Assembly: GCA_963727445.1 (NCBI GenBank)
Contig: CAVSGI010000005.1
Span: 32,001-96,000, forward strand
Direction of reading: 5' to 3'
DNA from: an uncultured delta proteobacterium
Lineage (GTDB): Bacteria > Myxococcota_A > Polyangia > Polyangiales > B10-G4
DNA: 64,000 nucleotides
Shown: positions 11,066-23,068 of the stretch, piece after piece
Numbering within the stretch: position 1 is the stretch's first letter
Layout of the letters: each line of letters opens with the position of its first letter
Program-made: the position numbers and the translations under genes
Notes under the pieces: generated by a model
Told to the model about the DNA's origin: nothing
Databases searched by the model: none
The model's input: only the letters and a program-made list of their open reading frames with translations

Positions 11066-12017
11066 ATGCCGGGATTGCAGACCGACGTAGCGGTCACGCT
11101 GACCATCACCGAGGCCGAGGCGGGAGAGCGTCTCGACCGGGTGCTCGCGGCACGGGATTCTGGGCTACTCGCGCTCGGCCATCGCGCGCTTCATCGCCGA
11201 GGGAAGGGTGGAGCTCGACGGTGAGGTCGTGCCCGCCAAGACCAGGGTCACGGCGGGTGCGGAGGTCGTGATGCGTCCTTCGCCTCCGCCGCCGAGCGAG
11301 GCGATCCCCGAGGACATCCCCCTCGACGTCCTCTTCGAGGACGCGGACATCCTGGTCGTGAACAAGCCCGCCGGGCTCGTCGTCCACCCGGCGGCCGGTC
11401 ATCCCAAAGGCACGCTGGTCAACGCGATCCTGCACCACCTGCAGGGAGAGCGGCCGCCGGGCAAGGAGCCCGAGCGCCCGGGAATCGTTCACCGCCTCGA
11501 CAAGGACACCAGCGGCGTGATGGTGATCGCGAAGTCGGTGCGCGCGCGGGATGCGCTGGTCGAGCGCTTCGCGAAGCACGACATCGAACGGGCCTATCTG
11601 GCGATCGCCGTCGGCCATCCGCCCGAGAAGGCGACCTGGGAGACGCTCCACGGTCGCCATCCGAAGGACCGCAAGCGCTTCTCCTCCCGTGTGGCGAAAG
11701 GCAAGCGCGCCGTCACCCATCTCCGGGTCCTCGAACGGCTCCATGGCGCCGCGCTCGTGGAGTGCCGCCTCGAGACCGGTCGCACGCATCAGATCCGCGT
11801 GCATCTCGCGGACGCGGGTCATCCCCTCCTCGGCGATCCGCTCTACGGCGGCCGCCCGAAAGATCCGCGGCTACGCGCGGCGGCAGGAGCGCTGGGCCGT
11901 CAGGCGCTCCATGCGCGGCTCTTGGGATTTGTCGACCCCATCACCGGTGAATCTCGACGCTTCGAAGTCGAGGCGCCCGCCGATTTCCGCGCGGCGCTGG
12001 CAGCGCTTCGGGACTGA
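11066..12017 (+). CDS. rluD: RluA/RluD-family pseudouridine synthase with S4 domain (+1 frameshift at ~11159)
   Basis: GERLDRVLA S4 start, NKPAGLVVHP, GIVHRLDKDTSG, TGRTHQIRVH, QALHA. Confidence 0.9.
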
Positions 12018-12080
12018 CCCGCCGAAGCACCGATCGGTCAGGCGGTATTCATTGCACATTTGAGAAGCCCTTCTTGTAGG

Positions 12081-13825
12081 ATGAGCGCCGTGAAGGGCTC
12101 GTCCTGGCTCGTTGGGCTTACCGCGCTCGCGGTCGTCGCGTCGTGGGCGGATGGAGCCGAAGCGCAGAATCCCTACACCGCGAGATCCCTCGTGGCATGC
12201 GGCGGGGTCTTCGTCGAACCACTGCTTCGACATGCAGCTCTTCCTGCCGTCGCCCAGCATCGGCACCACCTTCACCATCGACACGCCGAGCGTTCCGCGG
12301 CACCTGACCTTCGTCCTCGGCGCGAACTTCAGCTACGCGAACGGGCTCTTCGAGCGCGTCGACCAGATGCCGGACGGCCCGGCGAGCACGACACGATGAC
12401 CGTGGTCAAGAGCCTGCTCCAGGCCGAGATCATGGCCTCCCTCGGTCTCTTCGAGTTCGTCGAGCTCGGGGTGGTCTGCCGTTCGCCGTGTCCGACCATC
12501 TGAGCAGACAACGAGCAGAAGGACTCCAGACCGATGCGGCTTACGTCGCCGAGCGGCGCCAACCCCCTCGGCGACATCCGTTTCCTCGCCAAGGTTCCCA
12601 TCCTCCGCGGCGATTTCGCGCTCGCCCTTCGCGGAGTCTTCACGGTTCCCACCGCGTCGTACAACCACTTCCTGGGCACGGACTACTGGACGCTCTATCC
12701 GAACCTCGTCGCGTCCTACAAAGTCTGGCGGCTGCACGATCGGCGGCGAGCTCGGCTACCGCTTCCGGCGGCGCAACGCCCTCGACGGCTTCGAGCAGGA
12801 CGACGAGCTGCAGGGCAAGCTCGGCCTCTCCTTCAAGATCGTCCCGCTGCCTCGACGTGATCGCCGAGGCACAGCAGCGCCTGGGGGTCGGAGGCCAGTA
12901 CATCGCGGCCAACCAGAACCCCGCCGACTTCAACGGCGGCTTTCGCATCTGGCCCATCGACAGCCTGGCCATCGACGTGGGCGCGGGGACGGGCCTCGTC
13001 AACGGCTACGGCGCGCCCAACGTGCGCGTCTTTTTGGCCGCGCGCTACGCGACCCAGGACGAGCCCTGCGTCTACGGCCCGGAGGACTTCGACGGCTTCG
13101 AGGATGGCGACTTCTGCGCCGACGCGGACAACGACGCGGACGGGATCGAGGACAGCGACGACGACTGCCCCAACGACCCGGAGGACGTCGATCAATTCCT
13201 CGACACGGATGGCTGTCCCGACGTCGACAACGACGCCGACGGTGTGCTCGATGCCGCCGATCAGTGCCCCAATCAGTCCGAGGACGTCGACGGATTCGAG
13301 GACCAGGACGGCTGCCCCGAAGAGGACAACGACCAGGATGGCGTCCCCGACGGGCTCGACATGTGCCCGATGGATCCCGAGGATCGCGACGACTTCCAGG
13401 ACGACGACGGCTGCCCCGAGCCCGGCCCGGAGCGCGCGACAGTCACCGTCACCGACACGCGCATCCTGATCTCCGAGCGCATCTATTTCGACTTCGACCG
13501 CGACACGATCCGCAGCGTCTCCGCGCCGCTCCTCAACCAGGTCGCCCACGTGGTCCGCGACCTGCCGGCCAATCGCCGCGTCCGCGTCGAGGGCTACACG
13601 GACAACAACGGCGAGGAGCGGTACAACACCGACCTCAGCTATCGCCGTGCCCGTGCGGTCGTCGAATACCTCGTGAGCCGCGGCGTCCCGCGCAATCGAC
13701 TCGACTACGTCGGTTACGGCGAGCGCAACCCGGTCGCCCCCAACGACACGCCCGACGGCCGCGCGCTCAACCGCCGCGTCGAGTTCACGATCCTGCAGCC
13801 CGGCGAGCGCGGGCGAAGGCACTAG
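12081..13825 (+). CDS. Outer-membrane beta-barrel + thrombospondin type-3 repeats + OmpA C-terminal domain (several frameshifts in the 5' half)
   Basis: Repeated DxDxDGxxDxxDxCP/DGCP units; IYFDFDR, VEGYTD, LSYRRARAV, NRRVEF. Confidence 0.88.
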
Positions 13826-14490
13826 TCGGGGTCTTCGATCTTCCAGACGCCGTCTTCGCGGACGAGCTGCGCCGTGAACCGGTCTCCATAGGGCATCGTC
13901 GCGCGATCGCCGACCTGCTCGATGGGCGCGTCGAGGCTCGCTTTGAGGTTCTCGAGGAGGCGGTCGATCTCCTCCTGGCCTTCACCGCTCCACGCCTCGC
14001 GCATCTGCTCTTCGCTCATCCCCTCGCGATCGGCGTCGGGCACCATGCGCATGACGACGTCGTAGCGCTGCCGCTCCATGGCGCGCACGAAGGAGCGCAG
14101 GGTCGCTCGGGGCGAGGACTGGTCGTAGAAGTCGACGATGTTGGAGGAGATCCGCCAATCGCCTCCTCGGTCCCGCTCGAGCTCGACCCGGTCGCCGTCA
14201 CCGACCCGCATCACCGCGGTCTGCTCCGGCGGACCGTCGGGATCGTCGAGGGCGGCGGTCGCCTCCCGGACCTCCTCGGGGTTTTCCTCGAGATGACGGA
14301 CGAACTCCTCGAGGCTCACCCGGCGCCGATACGCTTTGCTCATCAAGCCGTAGGCGTCGTCGTAGCGTCCCTGGGACAGAGCGTGGCTGAAGGAGGCGAC
14401 GGTCGCTCCCGGCGAGCTCGACCCCAGACCCCCGCCGCAGCCCAGGGCGAAGCTGGTGATCGCCATCACAATCCCCGCAAGCACACGCAT
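13822..14490 (-). CDS. Lipoprotein, unknown function (two similar helical halves)
   Basis: Lipobox FALGC; SPGATVASF and SPRATLRSF internal repeat. Confidence 0.75.
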   Translation of the reverse strand: MRVLAGIVMAITSFALGCGGGLGSSSPGATVASFSHALSQGRYDDAYGLMSKAYRRRVSLEEFVRHLEENPEEVREATAALDDPDGPPEQTAVMRVGDGDRVELERDRGGDWRISSNIVDFYDQSSPRATLRSFVRAMERQRYDVVMRMVPDADREGMSEEQMREAWSGEGQEEIDRLLENLKASLDAPIEQVGDRATMPYGDRFTAQLVREDGVWKIEDPD

Positions 14491-14642
14491 CGGCCCCGGT
14501 TTCTACCTCTGGTGGGCCTCGCCGTCCAACGCCGAGGGCCAGGGCGAATCCTCTGCTCCGGCCAATCCGTGATTCTGATAGGATGCCGGCCGGTAACGAC
14601 GGCTCAGCCCGGGGCCTCCCCCGTGCCCCCGACATCCGACCC

Positions 14643-17600
14643 GTGTCGCAAAACCTCGATACACGACTCCTACGCTTCCGCAATCACCCGGAAAGCGAGC
14701 CCGCGGACGCCCTCGGACGAGACCTCCTGTCCACCGGCAGGGCTGCCGAAGCCCTCGAGGTGGTGCGCACAGCGTTGAGCGCGAATCCGGATGACGGTGC
14801 CCTCCTCCTCGTCGAGGGACAGGCGTGGCTTCGCGACGGGGACCTGATACGTGCACAGGCTGCGCTGCTCAAGGCGGCGCGTTGTTCTCCCAAGGAGAAG
14901 CATGCGTTCCGCTGGCTCGGCGAGGTGCTGCTCAAGCGCGGCGATCCCGATCGCGCGGCCAAGGTGCTCGAACGAGCGACCGCCCTCGATCCCCACGACC
15001 ACGAGATCCAACAGCTCAAGGCACGGGCGCAGCGCCTGTCCCGGATCGCCACCGACGCGGGACAGGAGCACGACGAGGCGCCGACCATCGTCGGAGCGGC
15101 GGCGCTCTCGGAGGACAGCTTCGAAGACGCGACGACCACCGTCGACGACGACGACGACGAAGTCCCGACCGCGGTCGTCCAGGTCGACGCCAACGGCAAC
15201 ATCGTCGGTCCCTCCCACGGGCTTCCCGGTTTCGAAGTGGAGCCGGAGCCGGCCACTCACGCGGGACGCGGGCGACGCAAGAAGCAGACGTCGCTCGGCA
15301 TCGGACCCACCAGCGTGCCGATGGAGGACGAGCCCTTCGGCCCCGAATCCTTTCGGTGACGCGCCGACCAACACCGTGCCGCGCCGACCGAATCCCGTAC
15401 CGCCGCCGGCGATGGGGATGGCGTTGCCGTCTCCGACTCCGCTCGCCCGGCCCGCGCCCGCGCCGCAGCCTTCCTTCGAGCCGCCCCCGGTCGCCGCGGC
15501 TGCCCGGCCAGCGCCCGAGCCCGCGCCTTACGAGCCCCCCCGGCCGCGCCCTATCCCGAACCGGTCCGCCCCGCCCCGTCCCCCATGCGGGACTTCGCGC
15601 TGAGCGATCCGATTCCGAAGGAGATCTCCGACGTCGAGGCGGGCGGCAGCTATGGGCAGCCCGAGGACGTCGACGAGATCCTCCGCATGCTCGAGCGCGA
15701 GGGCATCTTCGAGGCGCCCGCCGGCGACGCGGGGGCGTGGGCCACGCGCAAGGAGGCGCGCAAGTCGCGCGGCGGCACGCGCATCGGCATCTGGCTCGGT
15801 GTGATCTGGGTGCTCGCTCTCGGTCTGGCAGTGGGCGGTTACTTCGGCTGGCAGGAGTGGGTGCGGATGCGCCACGCCGAAGCCCAGGAGCTGGTGGCGA
15901 ACGCGTCCGAAGCGGCGCTCGCTGGCGACCACGAAGACCTCGTCGCGGCCGAGCGGTATCTGGTGCAGGCGCAGGACCTCGACCCGCACGACGACGAAGG
16001 GCCGGCGGTGCTCATCTTCGTGCACGCGCAGCGCGCCCTCGAAGACGGGACCTTCGAGCCCGGCTATCTGCGCCCGTCGATCCATCGCGCCGAGGTCCAC
16101 GAGGTCTCCGACGCGAAGCTGAAGGCGGCGACGGCCGTGCTCGCGGCTGGCGAGGGAGACATGGAGGCCGCGCAGGAAGCGGTGGACGCTGCCCTCGAAG
16201 CGGATAGCGACGATCCTGCGGTCCTCTACATCGTGGGCCGCGTCGAGCAGCGCCTCGGGCGTCCCGAAGCGCTCGAGCATCTGCAGACGGCCGTCGAGAG
16301 AGAGCCGGCCATGGTCGCGGCGTCGATGGCGCTTGCCGAGGCGCGCGCCGACGATGGGCTCGACAGCGAAGCTATCGAGCTGATCGACGCGGTGCTCGCG
16401 CGCGACGACACACACATGCGCGCCTCGCTGTGGAAAGCGTTCCTCACCGCCAACGACACCGACCCCGACGAGGGGCTCGCCTCCCTCGACGCACAGACCG
16501 AGGAGCTCGACGACCTCGGGGCGGCCACCGACCGCGTCCTCGCGGGGCTGACGCGCGCGCGCCTCTTGCGCCGCAAGGGCGAGGGAGAGGCAGCGACCGA
16601 AGCGGTGGATCAAGCGGCACAGGCCGGGGCGACGGATCCACGACTTCTGGCCCTCGTCGCGCGCGAAGCGCTTTCGGTCGGGCTGATGAATCGCGCTCAG
16701 ACGGCGGCGACCGAGGCGGTTCGCGGAGCGCCGACGAACACCGAGTTCCGGAAGCTCCTCGCGGAGATCTTCATCAAGCGGCGCGACGGCGTGCGCGCGC
16801 TGCGCACCCTGGGCTCGCTCAGCGCGGAGGACCCCGACGTCCTCAAGATGAGCGCGAAGGGTGCGCTCCTGGTGGGCGGCGGCGATGCCCTGGTGGCGGC
16901 GAGCACCGCGCTGGGCCAGTACATGGAGGCGCATCCCGACGAGGAGAACGTCGAGTTGAAGGCGCTTCAGATTCCGCCTCGCCGTGGCTGAAGGGCAGGC
17001 GGCGGAGGTGCTGCCTCAGGCGCGCGCGCTGGCGCGGGATGCCCCTGGCGATCCCAACGCCGCGATGGCCCTCGGCGAAGCGGCGCTCGAGGCGCGCGAG
17101 CCGCGCCTCGCGGTGGAGGCGCTCGAGCGGCTGGTCGCGGCGTCGCCCGACGACGCCGAGGGACACTACCTCCTCGGCCGTTCGCTGCGCATGAGCAACG
17201 ACGCGGAGGAAGCGGAGTCGAGCTTCCGCCGTGCCCTCGAGCTCTTGCCGAGCCACACCGATGCGCAGCTCGCGCTCGGCCGGCTGCTCCTCGATCTCGG
17301 CCGTTACGAGGACGCCGACACCCTTTATCAGGAGCTGGCCCAGCAGGGCGGCATGGCGGCGGGGTTGTCGACCGCGCTCCGCGGACGGCTCGGGCGCATC
17401 GAGGCGCTCGTCGGTCTCCATCGACTCGACGACGCCGTGGTGCAGCTCGAAAATCTCCGGGAGGAGGATCGCGAACGCGCAGTGGCCCGGCCGCCTGCTG
17501 CGCTCCTCGCGCTCGCGCGGCACCAGGCGGGCGACGCGGTGTCCACCATGCGCCCCCTCGTGGAGCGCGAGAATCCGCGCGCGAGCGACGTCGCGCTCTT

Positions 17601-18057
17601 CGGCGAAGCGCTCCTCGGAGCGGGAGAGACCGAGGCCGCCGGGCAGGCCTTCGACCAGGCGCTCGAGATCGATCCCGGCAGCCCCGAGGCGCTCCTCGGC
17701 AAGGCGGCGCTCGCAGTGCGCGCGGAGAGCGAGCGCGACGCGAATGCCCTCCTCGAGCGCGTCGAGGAGGCGCTCGGGCAGCGCGTGCGTCCGCCGGCGA
17801 TGCGTGCGCGAGCCCTCACGCTTCGCGGGCGGACCTACCTGCTCTCGGGCAACAGCGGCAAGGCCGAGGCGCGCGAGGTTCTGCGGCGCGCGGTGGAGCT
17901 GCCCGGCGCGCCCCCCGAGGCGTACTTCTTCCTGGGCGAAGCGCTCTCGGGCGAAAACACGCCGGAGGCGCGCGAAGCCTACGAGCACTACCTCGAGATG
18001 GACGAGAGCGGTCCGTACGCGCGCCGCGCGCGCCGCGCTTTGCGCGCCAGCGAGTGA
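14643..18057 (+). CDS. Large membrane-anchored TPR protein (frameshifts at ~15354, ~15585, ~16974)
   Basis: N-terminal TPRs, acidic/Pro-rich linker, single TM (IWLGVIWVLALGLAVGGYFGW), long TPR array; ORF pieces 14583-15359, 15585-16991 and 16984-18057 are collinear. Confidence 0.75.
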
Positions 18058-18818
18058 TGGCGATCCAAGAACGTTTTCGGCTCGACGGCAAGGTGGCGGT
18101 GGTCACCGGCGGCTCACGCGGGATCGGTCGCGCCATCGCCCTCGGGTTGGCGGACGCGGGCGCTCACGTGGTGGTTGCCTCGCGCAACGGCACGACCTGC
18201 GTCGAGGTAGCGGGGGAGATCGCGCACCGGGGTGTGCGCGGGATTGGCATCGCCTGCGATGTCCTCGAGGAGGCCTCGATCGTGCACCTCTTCGACGAGG
18301 TCGCCGCGGAGCTCGGCGGCACCGACATCTTCGTTCACGCGGCGGGCGTGGCCGGCAGCAAGCTCGCGGCGGACACCTCGCGCGCTGAGCTCTCGTCGAT
18401 GCTCGACATCCATCTGCTCGGTGGTGTGACCGGCGCGCAGCGCGCGGCGATGCAGATGGAGGCGCGGGGCGGCGGGGCGATTCTGTTCGTGACGAGCATC
18501 TGGGGACTCGACGGCGCCACCGGCACGCTGGCCTACGGCGTCGCCAAGGCCGGCCTCGCGCACGCGGTGAAGGTGCTGGCGATCGAATGGGCGCGGAAGA
18601 AGATCCGCGTCAACGCCATCGCGCCGGGCCTGGTGGACACGGACATGACGGCCGCGCTTTCGGACAACGCGCGCGACAAGCTGGTCGCATCCATCCCGCT
18701 GCGCCGCCCCGCCGCCCCGGAAGAGATGGCCGGCCCCGCGCTCCTGCTCGTCACCGACGCCGGCAGCTACATCACGGGCGAGATCCTGGTCGTGGACGGC
18801 GGCGAACGCGCGCGCTGA
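18054..18818 (+). CDS. Short-chain dehydrogenase/reductase (FabG-like)
   Basis: TGGSRGIG, YGVAK, RVNAIAPG. Confidence 0.92.
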   Translation: MMAIQERFRLDGKVAVVTGGSRGIGRAIALGLADAGAHVVVASRNGTTCVEVAGEIAHRGVRGIGIACDVLEEASIVHLFDEVAAELGGTDIFVHAAGVAGSKLAADTSRAELSSMLDIHLLGGVTGAQRAAMQMEARGGGAILFVTSIWGLDGATGTLAYGVAKAGLAHAVKVLAIEWARKKIRVNAIAPGLVDTDMTAALSDNARDKLVASIPLRRPAAPEEMAGPALLLVTDAGSYITGEILVVDGGERAR

Positions 18819-18836
18819 AGGTACCCCCGCTGAGGG

Positions 18837-19016
18837 GTGACCTACCGAACCGATTCGAACCTACAGCCCTACGCTCTGAGGCGCGGCCGCTACGTGAAGG
18901 TCCAAAAGAGCGAGGTGCTGACCGACCTCGACATCGCCCAGCTCGTCTCCTTCCTCGACCGAGCGACGACCTACGACGCGGTTCGGGATGACCGCGCGGC
19001 GCTTCGCGAGGGGTGA
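18837..19016 (+). pseudogene. 3' remnant of a Uma2 (DUF820)-family endonuclease
   Basis: Manual translation QPYALRRGRYVKVQKSEVLTDLDIAQLVSFLDRATTYDAVRDDRAALREG* resembles recalled myxobacterial Uma2 C-termini; the catalytic N-terminal part is absent. Confidence 0.5.
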
Positions 19017-19188
19017 ACGTCGACATCGCCAATCCACTTTCCCCGGGGCAAGTGGGTGTCCCGAAGGGACCCGGCGCTGTCACGGGCGGAACAGAGCGCG
19101 TTTCCGGCGTTGGCGAGCACGTGACTCCCCTCACATGCGCGCGGCGTTGCACCTACACCGCTCTTCCTCCTATCTTCCCCGTCCTCCC

Positions 19189-20340
19189 ATGGACCTGTCC
19201 CTCACCGAAGAGCAGAAGCTGGTCCAGCAGATGGCGCGCGACTTCGCCGAAAGCGAGGTGGGCCCCGAGGCCCGCGAGCTGGACAAGAAGCGGCGCTGGC
19301 CCGCCGAGCTCGTCAAGCCAGATGGGCGAGCTCGGGCTGATGGGCGTCGCGGTTCCCGACGAAGCACGGCGGCGCCGGGGCCGACAACGTCAGCTACGCG
19401 CTCGCGATGGAGGAGATCGCCCGCGCCTGCGCGTCGGTCGGCGTGATCATGAGCGTGAACAACTCGCTCGTCTGCGACCCGTCTGCTGAAGTTCGGCAAC
19501 GCCGAGCAGAAGAAGGAGTTCCTGGAGCCCCTCGCGTCGGGCAAGAAGCTCGGCTGCTTCGGGCTCACCGAGCCGACCAGCGGCTCGGACGCGGCGCACA
19601 TGGACACCGTCGCGCGAAGAGGACGGCGACCACTGGGTGATCAACGGCTCGAAGAACTGGATCACCAACGGCCCGCACGCCGACTTCATCGTCGTCTTCG
19701 CCGCCACCGACCGCGACCGCCGGCGCGCGCGGCGTCACGCGCCTTCATCGTCCCGAAGGGCACGGCGGGCTTCAACCCGCAGCCGCCCGACCACAAGCTC
19801 GGCATCCACGCCGCGCACTCCTGCACGATGTTCTTCGAGAACTGCCGCGTCCCGAAGCGCAGAACGTCCTCGGCGAGCCCGGGCAGGGCTTCAAGATCGC
19901 CATGAGCACCCTCGACGGCGGCCGCATCGGCATCGCCTCGCAGGCGCTCGGCATCGCGCGCGCGGCCTCGAAAAGGCCGTCGCCTACGCCAAGGAGCGCA
20001 AGGCCTTCGGCGGGCCCATCGCCGACAAGCAGGCCATCCAGTTCAAGATCGCCGACATGGCGACCGAGCTCGACGCGGCGCGCCTGCTCATGCATGCGCG
20101 CCGCCTTCATGAAGGACCAGAAGGCGTCCGCCACTCGACCGAGTCGGCCGATGGCCAAGCTCTTCGCCTCCGAGATGGCGACGCGCGTCACCCACCAGGC
20201 GCTCCAGATCTACGGCGGCTACGGCTACTCCAGGAGTACGACATGGAGCGGCACTACCGCGACGCGCGCATCACCGAGATTTACGAGGGCACGAGCGAGA
20301 TCAGCGCATCGTGATCGCCGCCAACGCCCTCAAGGCGTGA
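19189..20340 (+). CDS. Acyl-CoA dehydrogenase, short/branched-chain type (more than ten frameshifts)
   Basis: Across frames: [55 protein letters not shown]. Confidence 0.88.
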
Positions 20341-20360
20341 CAGCGAAGAGCAGGAAACCG

Positions 20361-21077
20361 ATGAAGACGTTCGTTTCTCGTCTCGCCCTCGCGATGTTGA
20401 TCGCATGTGGCGGTGCCGAGGAGACCCAGGAAGAGCAGTACACCGACAACCAGACCTCCGGCGGCGACAGCTACCAGGAGCCCGATGACGGCGTGGAGAT
20501 CAACGGCCTGATGGGCACCATCTCGGCGCGATCGGCGGTCACCGGCGCTCGAGCCACGGATGGGACCGCTTCGCGCAGTGCTTCGCCGACCGCTACGACG
20601 CCCTCGATATGGTGGGCGGCCGCATCCAGTTCTGCGTTCCGCATCCACGACGGACGGCACGGTCGCGTGGGTCTACCCTCCCGCCTCCACCATCGGCGAC
20701 CGACAGACCGAGGCGTGCTTGTTCGGGCGTCGCACAGGGCACGCACTTCCAACGGCCGCGCGGCGGCGAAGCGGAGTTCAACTGGCCCTTCGCCTTCGAC
20801 CCGCCCGACGACGTGCGCCCGCCGCTTCAACTGGGATGCGGAGCGCGCCGCCGACCTCGTCGCCGAGCGCGGCCCAGAGGTGATCGAGAGTTGCGGCGCG
20901 CGGGCCCTTCATCGTCACCGCCTACATACGGCCGGGCGGCGAGGTGATGGCGGCTGGCGCGAGCACCGCCGAGCAGACGGCGGCGGCGGACCTCGACTGC
21001 GTGACGAGCGCCATCATCCAGTGGCGATGCCGGACCCCGGCTCTTATCCCGCCAAGATCACCTTCGAGCTCCGCTGA
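20361..21077 (+). CDS. Lipoprotein, possibly with AgmX/PglI-C (TonB-C-like) domains (frameshifted)
   Basis: Lipobox MLIAC; Cys-containing segments; ends PDPGSYPAKITFELR*; stop overlaps the next ATG. Confidence 0.55.
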   Translation: MKTFVSRLALAMLIACGGAEETQEEQYTDNQTSGGDSYQEPDDGVEINGLMGTISARSAVTGARATDGTASRSASPTATTPSIWWAAASSSAFRIHDGRHGRVGLPSRLHHRRPTDRGVLVRASHRARTSNGRAAAKRSSTGPSPSTRPTTCARRFNWDAERAADLVAERGPEVIESCGARALHRHRLHTAGRRGDGGWREHRRADGGGGPRLRDERHHPVAMPDPGSYPAKITFELR

Positions 21078-22219
21078 TGGACTTTGCGCTGGACGAGACC
21101 CAGCGGATGGTGCGAACGCCGCGCGCGACTTCGCCCAGAAGCGGCTCGCGCCCTCGCGCGGCCGGATCGACGCGAAGGGCAGATCCCGCCCGAGGTCCTG
21201 CGCGAGCTCGCCGAGCTCGGCCTCATGGGCGTGAACGTCCCCGAGGCGTGCTCGGCGGCGCGGAGGCTGGGGTCGTCGCCTACAGCCAGGCCATGATGGA
21301 GATCGCCGGCGGCGTGCGCTTCGACTGCGGTCACGATGGCGGTGACCAACATGGTCGGCGAGGTCATCGCCGCCTTCGGCACCGAAGAGCAGAAGCGCGC
21401 GCACCATTCCCCGGCTCACCGGCGGCGAGACCCTCGGCGCCTTCGCGCTCAGCGAGGTCGGCGGCGGCAGCGATCCTGGCGGCATGCTCACCACCGCGCG
21501 CCGACAAGGCGACGAGTGGGTGATCGACGGCACCAAGCAGTGGATCAGCCACGCGGATGACTTCGGAGGTGATCGTCCTGTGGGCGCGCACGGGCGAGGC
21601 GGGCGCGCAAGGGGCATCAGCTGCTTCCTCGTCGAAGGGCGCCCCGAGGGGCTCGTCATCGCTGGGCACGAGGACAAGATGGGGCTCCGCGGCGAGTCAC
21701 ACCGTGCTCCCTCGTCATCGAGAACCTTCGCCTCCCGGCGGACGCGCTCCTCGGCGAGCTCGGGCGGCGGCTTCAAGATCGCGATGATGGCCCTCGACGG
21801 TGGCCGCATCGGCATCGCCTCGCAGGCGATCGGGATCGCGCGGGCGCGCGCAGGCGGCGGCCGTCACCTACGCCAAGGAGCGGCAGCAGTTCGGCAAGCC
21901 CATCGCCGAGTTTCAGGCCATCCAGTGGATGATCGCCGACTCGGAGACCGAGCTCGCGGCGGCCGAGGCCCTGGTCGCGCGGGCCGCGCTCCTCAAAGAG
22001 CAGGGCGCACGCTTTTCCCGCGAGGCCTCGATGGCCAAGGTGTACGCGACCGAAGCCGCGTGGCGGGTCTGTAACCGCGCGGTGCAGGTCCACGGCGGCT
22101 ACGGCTACACGCGGGAGTTCCCGGTGGAGCGTCATCTGAGCGACGTGCGGGTCACGCAGATCTACGAAGGGACCAGCGAGGTCCAGCGGATCGTCATCAG
22201 CCGTCACGCGCTGAGGTAG
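21077..22219 (+). CDS. Acyl-CoA dehydrogenase (many frameshifts)
   Basis: [61 protein letters not shown]. Confidence 0.88.
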
Positions 22220-23026
22220 ATGCGGCGCTCGGCGCTCGGGCTCGCGTTGCTCTCCCTCGTCGTCGCATGCGGCGACGACGCGGCGCCGCCGACGCCGCCG
22301 GTGACCACCGGCAGCGCAGAGAACGAGAGCGAGGCTCCGCCGCCCGATCCCGATCCCCCCTTCGACTTCCGTCGCGCCGTCCTGTGGCCGGAGCGGCATC
22401 ACGACGAGCTCCGCACCTGCATCGTGGCGTCGCTCGCCGATGCACCCGAAGCGGATCCCAACGACCCGGACGAGGCCGTGGCGCGGAGGCAGAACGTGCG
22501 CTGCGTCGTCGACGGACACGTCTACGAGGTGCGGGTCCTCTTGCCCGAGGCTCAGCGCGCGCTCTCGCTCGCGCCGCCCGAATCTCCTCGAGAGGCGCGG
22601 CGCCTCTCCCTTCGCATCCTCGGGCTCGACGCGGCGGGGCGGCGGCCCCTCACCCGACTCGAGGCCTCGTCGATCATACCCCAGGACCTCACGCCGATCC
22701 GCCCGCCCGCGCCTGCGCGTCCCGGTTTCGACTTCTCCCGCACCGCGACCGACGCGTCCCTCCTCGGCACGCGGCAGGCGTGCGCGATCCGTGCGGCGAG
22801 CTACGTCGAGCGCCTCCCGCCCGAACGCCGGCCGTCCCCAGACGCGGTCGTGAGCATCCCTGCGACCTGCGCGCACGAGGGCGGCGCCGCGAACGCCGAG
22901 CTCCTTTTCACCGAGGACACCCTCGACGCCGCGCTCCTCGTCGCGCCTGGTGCCACCGCCTATGGGACCCTCGAATCCCCACGGCACCTCCGCGTGAGTC
23001 ATGTCACGCCCAGCGTCCGTCGCTAG
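22220..23026 (+). CDS. Lipoprotein, unknown function
   Basis: Lipobox LVVAC, Pro-rich linker; abuts the upstream stop. Confidence 0.65.
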   Translation: MRRSALGLALLSLVVACGDDAAPPTPPVTTGSAENESEAPPPDPDPPFDFRRAVLWPERHHDELRTCIVASLADAPEADPNDPDEAVARRQNVRCVVDGHVYEVRVLLPEAQRALSLAPPESPREARRLSLRILGLDAAGRRPLTRLEASSIIPQDLTPIRPPAPARPGFDFSRTATDASLLGTRQACAIRAASYVERLPPERRPSPDAVVSIPATCAHEGGAANAELLFTEDTLDAALLVAPGATAYGTLESPRHLRVSHVTPSVRR

Positions 23027-23068
23027 CCGTCTGGCGCGGACAGCCCTCATTGCTATGCTCATTCGTTC

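Noticed and set aside
19189..22219. Pseudogene island or programmed frameshifting in the acyl-CoA dehydrogenases
   Set aside because: Catalytic motifs are intact across frames, I saw no slippery sites, and several indels are merged synonymous alleles; a consensus error is more likely.
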